NCBI GenBank assembly: GCA_964635785.1
Contig: CAZWQC010000010.1
Span: 1-19,656, forward strand
Source: an uncultured Ectothiorhodospiraceae bacterium
GTDB lineage: Bacteria > Pseudomonadota > Gammaproteobacteria > CAYFSA01
Length of the DNA: 19,656 nt
Direction: 5' to 3'
Position numbers and translations under genes: made by a program. The notes below the pieces were generated by a model. The model saw only the letters and a program-made list of their open reading frames with translations, made no database searches and was not told the origin of the DNA. Shown one piece after another: positions 17,901 to 19,656 of this stretch (its first letter is position 1; each line of letters opens with the position of its first letter).

Positions 17901-18010
17901 AAGACCTGCTGGACAATTTGATGATGTCGCAGGATGGCTTCGACAAGCTTGGCGTCGCTCGGTTGATCCTCGATCAAAAGCGCGATGGAATGGTCATTGA
18001 AGGCTTGCAT
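14966..18010 (-). CDS. Hybrid REC-GAF-PAS-PAS-GGDEF-EAL protein, predicted bifunctional for c-di-GMP synthesis and hydrolysis
   Basis: The N-terminal REC domain has the phospho-Asp (LLLVDLGLPD) plus LTANTD and LIKGE. A GAF domain and two PAS/PAC domains follow. The GGDEF domain reads RATDTAARLGGDEF, with an RxxD I-site. The EAL domain has the catalytic motifs EALLRW, ELTEGS, DDFGTGYSS, KIDQTLV, AEGVE and QGY. I used the ATG at 18010; a TTG alternative lies at 18031. Confidence 0.9.
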   Translation of the reverse strand: MQAFNDHSIALLIEDQPSDAKLVEAILRHHQIVQQVLWAPTLGQAKTLLAEQPVQLLLVDLGLPDTSGLETVFELRLLAPDVPLIVLTANTDETNALHALEAGAEDYLIKGEFTADNLIRSIRYAISRSRAEVELRRRQRLYATLSETNHAILHFSHEQALFEALCRTAVKHGEFSLAWVGKPDAAGWMQIAAASGNTHYLQAIRISVHGDRPEGQGPTGRAFRDGMIQIVNDFQTAPNTAIWAEAAKRYHITAAAAFPLCWSGNIQGVFTIYATESNFFGPEETQLLDKMTGNLSFAVDAIHHREALRQSEERLALAVGAAGFGIWDDQIESGQLVWDHRMRALYGLSANDRIDHALWRSLIHPDDLADSERMHADARESEGPHEAEFRVLRGDGETRHIKAYCRSVCDLNGKPVRVTGINLDNTAQRLAETDSRLAAIAFEAQVAITITDAKGNIQRVNNTFTEVTGYRSDEVIGKNPRLLQSGCHAPSFYQTMWHHLNHTGFWEGEIWNRNKLGHVYPEWLSITAVKNHAGVITHYVGTFFDITKNKAAEKKIHALAFYDPLTNLTNRRLLLERLRHALIKSERDQQYGALFMLDLDEFKTLNDTRGHSAGDALLVQVGQRLRKQLRATDTAARLGGDEFILLCEQLGEDERQAAVHAERIAEQLLDVLRKPYDLHGADQAFHCSASIGVALFCGHGSNVDDLLKQADVAMFAAKRAGRDTIRFFSTEMQRAIDQRANLAAALRRALDHDELQLFYQPQVDRFGHLLGAEALLRWFTPDGQTVSPGEFIPLAEETGLILPLGEWVLNAACADLQTLQRYPHTASLCVSVNVSARQLAQPHFVEQVQATVAKYGTPTTRLHLELTEGSLFADLARTQNILSELQTLGIEVELDDFGTGYSSLAQLKYLPLNTLKIDQTLVRDVDTDPSDAAIVRAAMSMAQALSLPVIAEGVERPEQLDFLLSIGCQRFQGYWFGRPMPFKAFLDHALQTAAADPTEKTHIDAQGPAIRREG

Positions 18011-18253
18011 GGGCTGTACGTGTTCGTTCAACTCGGAGTGGGGTCACGGATAAAGTACGCAGTGTAACATCTTGGATCACGTATAACGGTAGCACGATGA
18101 CGCGCGGTTTCAGTGTGACGTTGCCAGCGTACTTGCTGCGTGCGGTGATAAACTGACGGGTGGTTTAGGACCACGGTGCAGGGATCGGTTGGCATCTTCG
18201 GGCTCGACGTTGGGCGCAACCCGGCTTGAGTATGCCATAATGGACAACTTTGG

Positions 18254-18293
18254 TCGGCCGGCGTGCGCCGGTCGTGTCGTTTCATTGTTGTGT
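18254..18293 (+). promoter_or_regulatory. GC-rich 8-bp hairpin plus U-rich tract in the yajC leader. A candidate extended -10 promoter (TGcCATAAT) lies at 18233-18241.
   Basis: A stem (CGGCCGGC/GCCGGTCG, loop GTGC) lies at 18254-18273. The T-rich sequence TGTCGTTTCATTGTTGTGTT follows. The yajC SD (AAAGGG) and the ATG at 18308 come next. No plus-strand gene lies upstream for this to terminate. Confidence 0.35.
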
Positions 18294-18307
18294 TAAAGGG
18301 TCAAACC

Positions 18308-18646
18308 ATGACGAATCTGTTGATTACGGATGCGGCCGCGCAAACGGCAGCGCCACCACCGCCAGCGGCGGGTGGTGGGCAACTATTGCTCATGATGGTC
18401 ATCTTCTTCGCGTTGATGTATTTCTTGATCATTCGACCACAGAGTAAGCGGGCGAAAGAGCACAAGCAGTTAATGGACGGCTTGAAGCGAGGCGACGAAG
18501 TGGTCACTAACGGTGGGTTGGCCGGGACCGTTACCAACGTCGGCGAGAGTTTCGTGCGGGTGGAGATCGCGCAAGGCGTGGAAACCGCCGTGCAGAAGCA
18601 AGCGGTCGCGTTGGTGCTGCCCAAAGGCAGCTTGAAAGATGTCTGA
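18308..18646 (+). CDS. yajC: Preprotein translocase subunit YajC
   Basis: The 112-aa product begins at the ATG at 18308 (MTNLLITDAAAQ...) with AAAGGG as SD. It has a single TM segment (LLLMMVIFFALMYFLIIRPQSKR). The conserved YajC core is present (LKRGDEVVTNGGLAGTVTNV...VRVEIA). It lies directly upstream of secD. Confidence 0.9.
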   Translation: MTNLLITDAAAQTAAPPPPAAGGGQLLLMMVIFFALMYFLIIRPQSKRAKEHKQLMDGLKRGDEVVTNGGLAGTVTNVGESFVRVEIAQGVETAVQKQAVALVLPKGSLKDV

Positions 18647-18677
18647 TCGTCGCGACGAACGCTAGAATCAAGCCAAT

Positions 18678-19656
18678 ATGGTCAATCGTTATCCCCTTTG
18701 GGTGAACCTGTTACTGCTGGGAATACTGTGTTTAGGCCTGTTGTACGCCAGTGCCAACTTGTTCCCGGAAGACTATGCCGTGCAAGTCTCCGATCCCGAT
18801 GCCGACGCCGTCGATCCGGCCTTGCTTGAGCGCGTCAAAGCGATTCTTGCCGAGGCGCAGATCGATGCGAAGCGAGTGGGTGTCGAAGACGAACGTTTGT
18901 TAGCCCGGTTCGATGATCCCGAGACCCAACTTGAAGCCAAGGACCGGTTACGCGACGCGTTGGAACGTCGCTATGTCGTTGCCCTCAACCTGGCACCGGC
19001 AACGCCCGGCTGGTTGAAAGCGATTGGCGGTTCGCCGATCTCCTATGGCTTGGATCTAAGTGGTGGCGTGCATTTCCAATTGCGTACCGACATGGATGAG
19101 GTGTTGCGCATGACCATGGATCGCTACGAAGGCGAGATCGGCACGTTGTTGCGCAATAATGACCTACGTTATCTCGGGGTGAATCGGGTCGGTGACGGTT
19201 TGTTGGCCAAGTTTGGCGAGGTCGAAACCCGCGATGCGGCATTGCGGGTATTGCGCGATGAATACTGGCGGACCTTGGAATTCACCTCGGATATGGCGGG
19301 TGCAACGCCGGTCTTGCGCGGTGCGATGACGGAGATGGCCGTGCAGGAAATTCGCAAGTCGGCGCTAATGCAAAATATCACGACGTTGCGGCGGCGGGTC
19401 AACGAGCTCGGTGTGGCCGAGCCAGTCGTGCAACGGCAGGGAGAGGATCGCATCGTCGTGGAATTGCCTGGCGTGCAAGACACCGCGCGAGCCAAAGAGA
19501 TCCTCGGTGCGACGGCGACCTTGGAATTTCGGTTGGTGGTGGAAGACCATGATCCCTATGACGCGGCCGAACGCAATCGTGCGCCGGCGGGAACACGGTT
19601 GTATTACGAGCGTGATGGGCGACCGGTCCTGCTGGAACGGCGGGTCATGTTGACCG
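18678..19656 (+). CDS. secD: Protein translocase subunit SecD (N-terminal part; continues past the window end)
   Basis: ATG at 18678 opens an ORF that runs to the window end without a stop. It has an N-terminal TM segment (LWVNLLLLGILCLGLLYASANLF). The periplasmic domain contains typical SecD sequences (GLDLSGGVHFQL, VVELPGVQDTARAKEILGATATLEFRLV). The yajC-secD order is conserved. Confidence 0.9.
   Translation, partial: MVNRYPLWVNLLLLGILCLGLLYASANLFPEDYAVQVSDPDADAVDPALLERVKAILAEAQIDAKRVGVEDERLLARFDDPETQLEAKDRLRDALERRYVVALNLAPATPGWLKAIGGSPISYGLDLSGGVHFQLRTDMDEVLRMTMDRYEGEIGTLLRNNDLRYLGVNRVGDGLLAKFGEVETRDAALRVLRDEYWRTLEFTSDMAGATPVLRGAMTEMAVQEIRKSALMQNITTLRRRVNELGVAEPVVQRQGEDRIVVELPGVQDTARAKEILGATATLEFRLVVEDHDPYDAAERNRAPAGTRLYYERDGRPVLLERRVMLT

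Noticed and set aside
1-19656. CRISPR arrays, IS elements or transposases, integrases, and phage genes
   Set aside because: I found no repeat-spacer periodicity, no terminal inverted repeats flanking a transposase-like ORF, and no integrase gene next to the tRNA-like locus. I did not recognise any ORF as transposase-like, integrase-like or phage-encoded. A second copy of the tRNA 3' end (TTCGATTCCTCCTGTCTACACC) was not spotted by eye, but this needs a computational repeat search.

Overview
This is a high-GC (~59%) chromosomal segment that looks proteobacterial, most likely from a gammaproteobacterium. The first ~7 kb is a housekeeping block: a partial hypothetical gene, a hemerythrin-like protein, a ypjD-like membrane protein, a CNNM/CorC-HlyC transporter, radA, and a convergent SPFH/slipin gene. 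A tRNA-like gene on the minus strand follows at 7216-7290. A ~510-bp noncoding stretch and a DUF3108 secreted-protein gene come next. From ~8.9 to 18.0 kb there is a signalling island of five genes, all on the minus strand. In transcription order these are a REC-GAF-PAS-GGDEF-EAL protein, a FixJ/NarL-type response regulator, a small STAS (anti-sigma-antagonist) protein, a FixL-family PAS sensor kinase homologue, and a PAS-GAF-GGDEF protein. The window ends with yajC and the 5' part of secD on the plus strand. The most unusual observation is in the FixL-like kinase. Its ATP-binding domain looks intact, but the phospho-accepting histidine of the H-box is replaced by glutamate (HE to EQ). Its gene lies 45 bp downstream of the STAS gene, and the STAS protein carries the conserved phosphorylatable serine. 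This suggests a histidine-kinase-derived partner-switching module inserted into an ancestral fixJ-fixL-like pair. This is an inference from the sequence, not something a database search has confirmed. Other points are a tRNA-like gene with a non-canonical anticodon arm, two hairpin-plus-U-tract elements with no upstream gene to terminate, and a palindromic candidate operator. No CRISPR array, IS element or phage gene was recognised. Most start codons are ambiguous, because several alternatives lack clear SD sequences and the supplied ORF track sometimes counts TTG or GTG as M.
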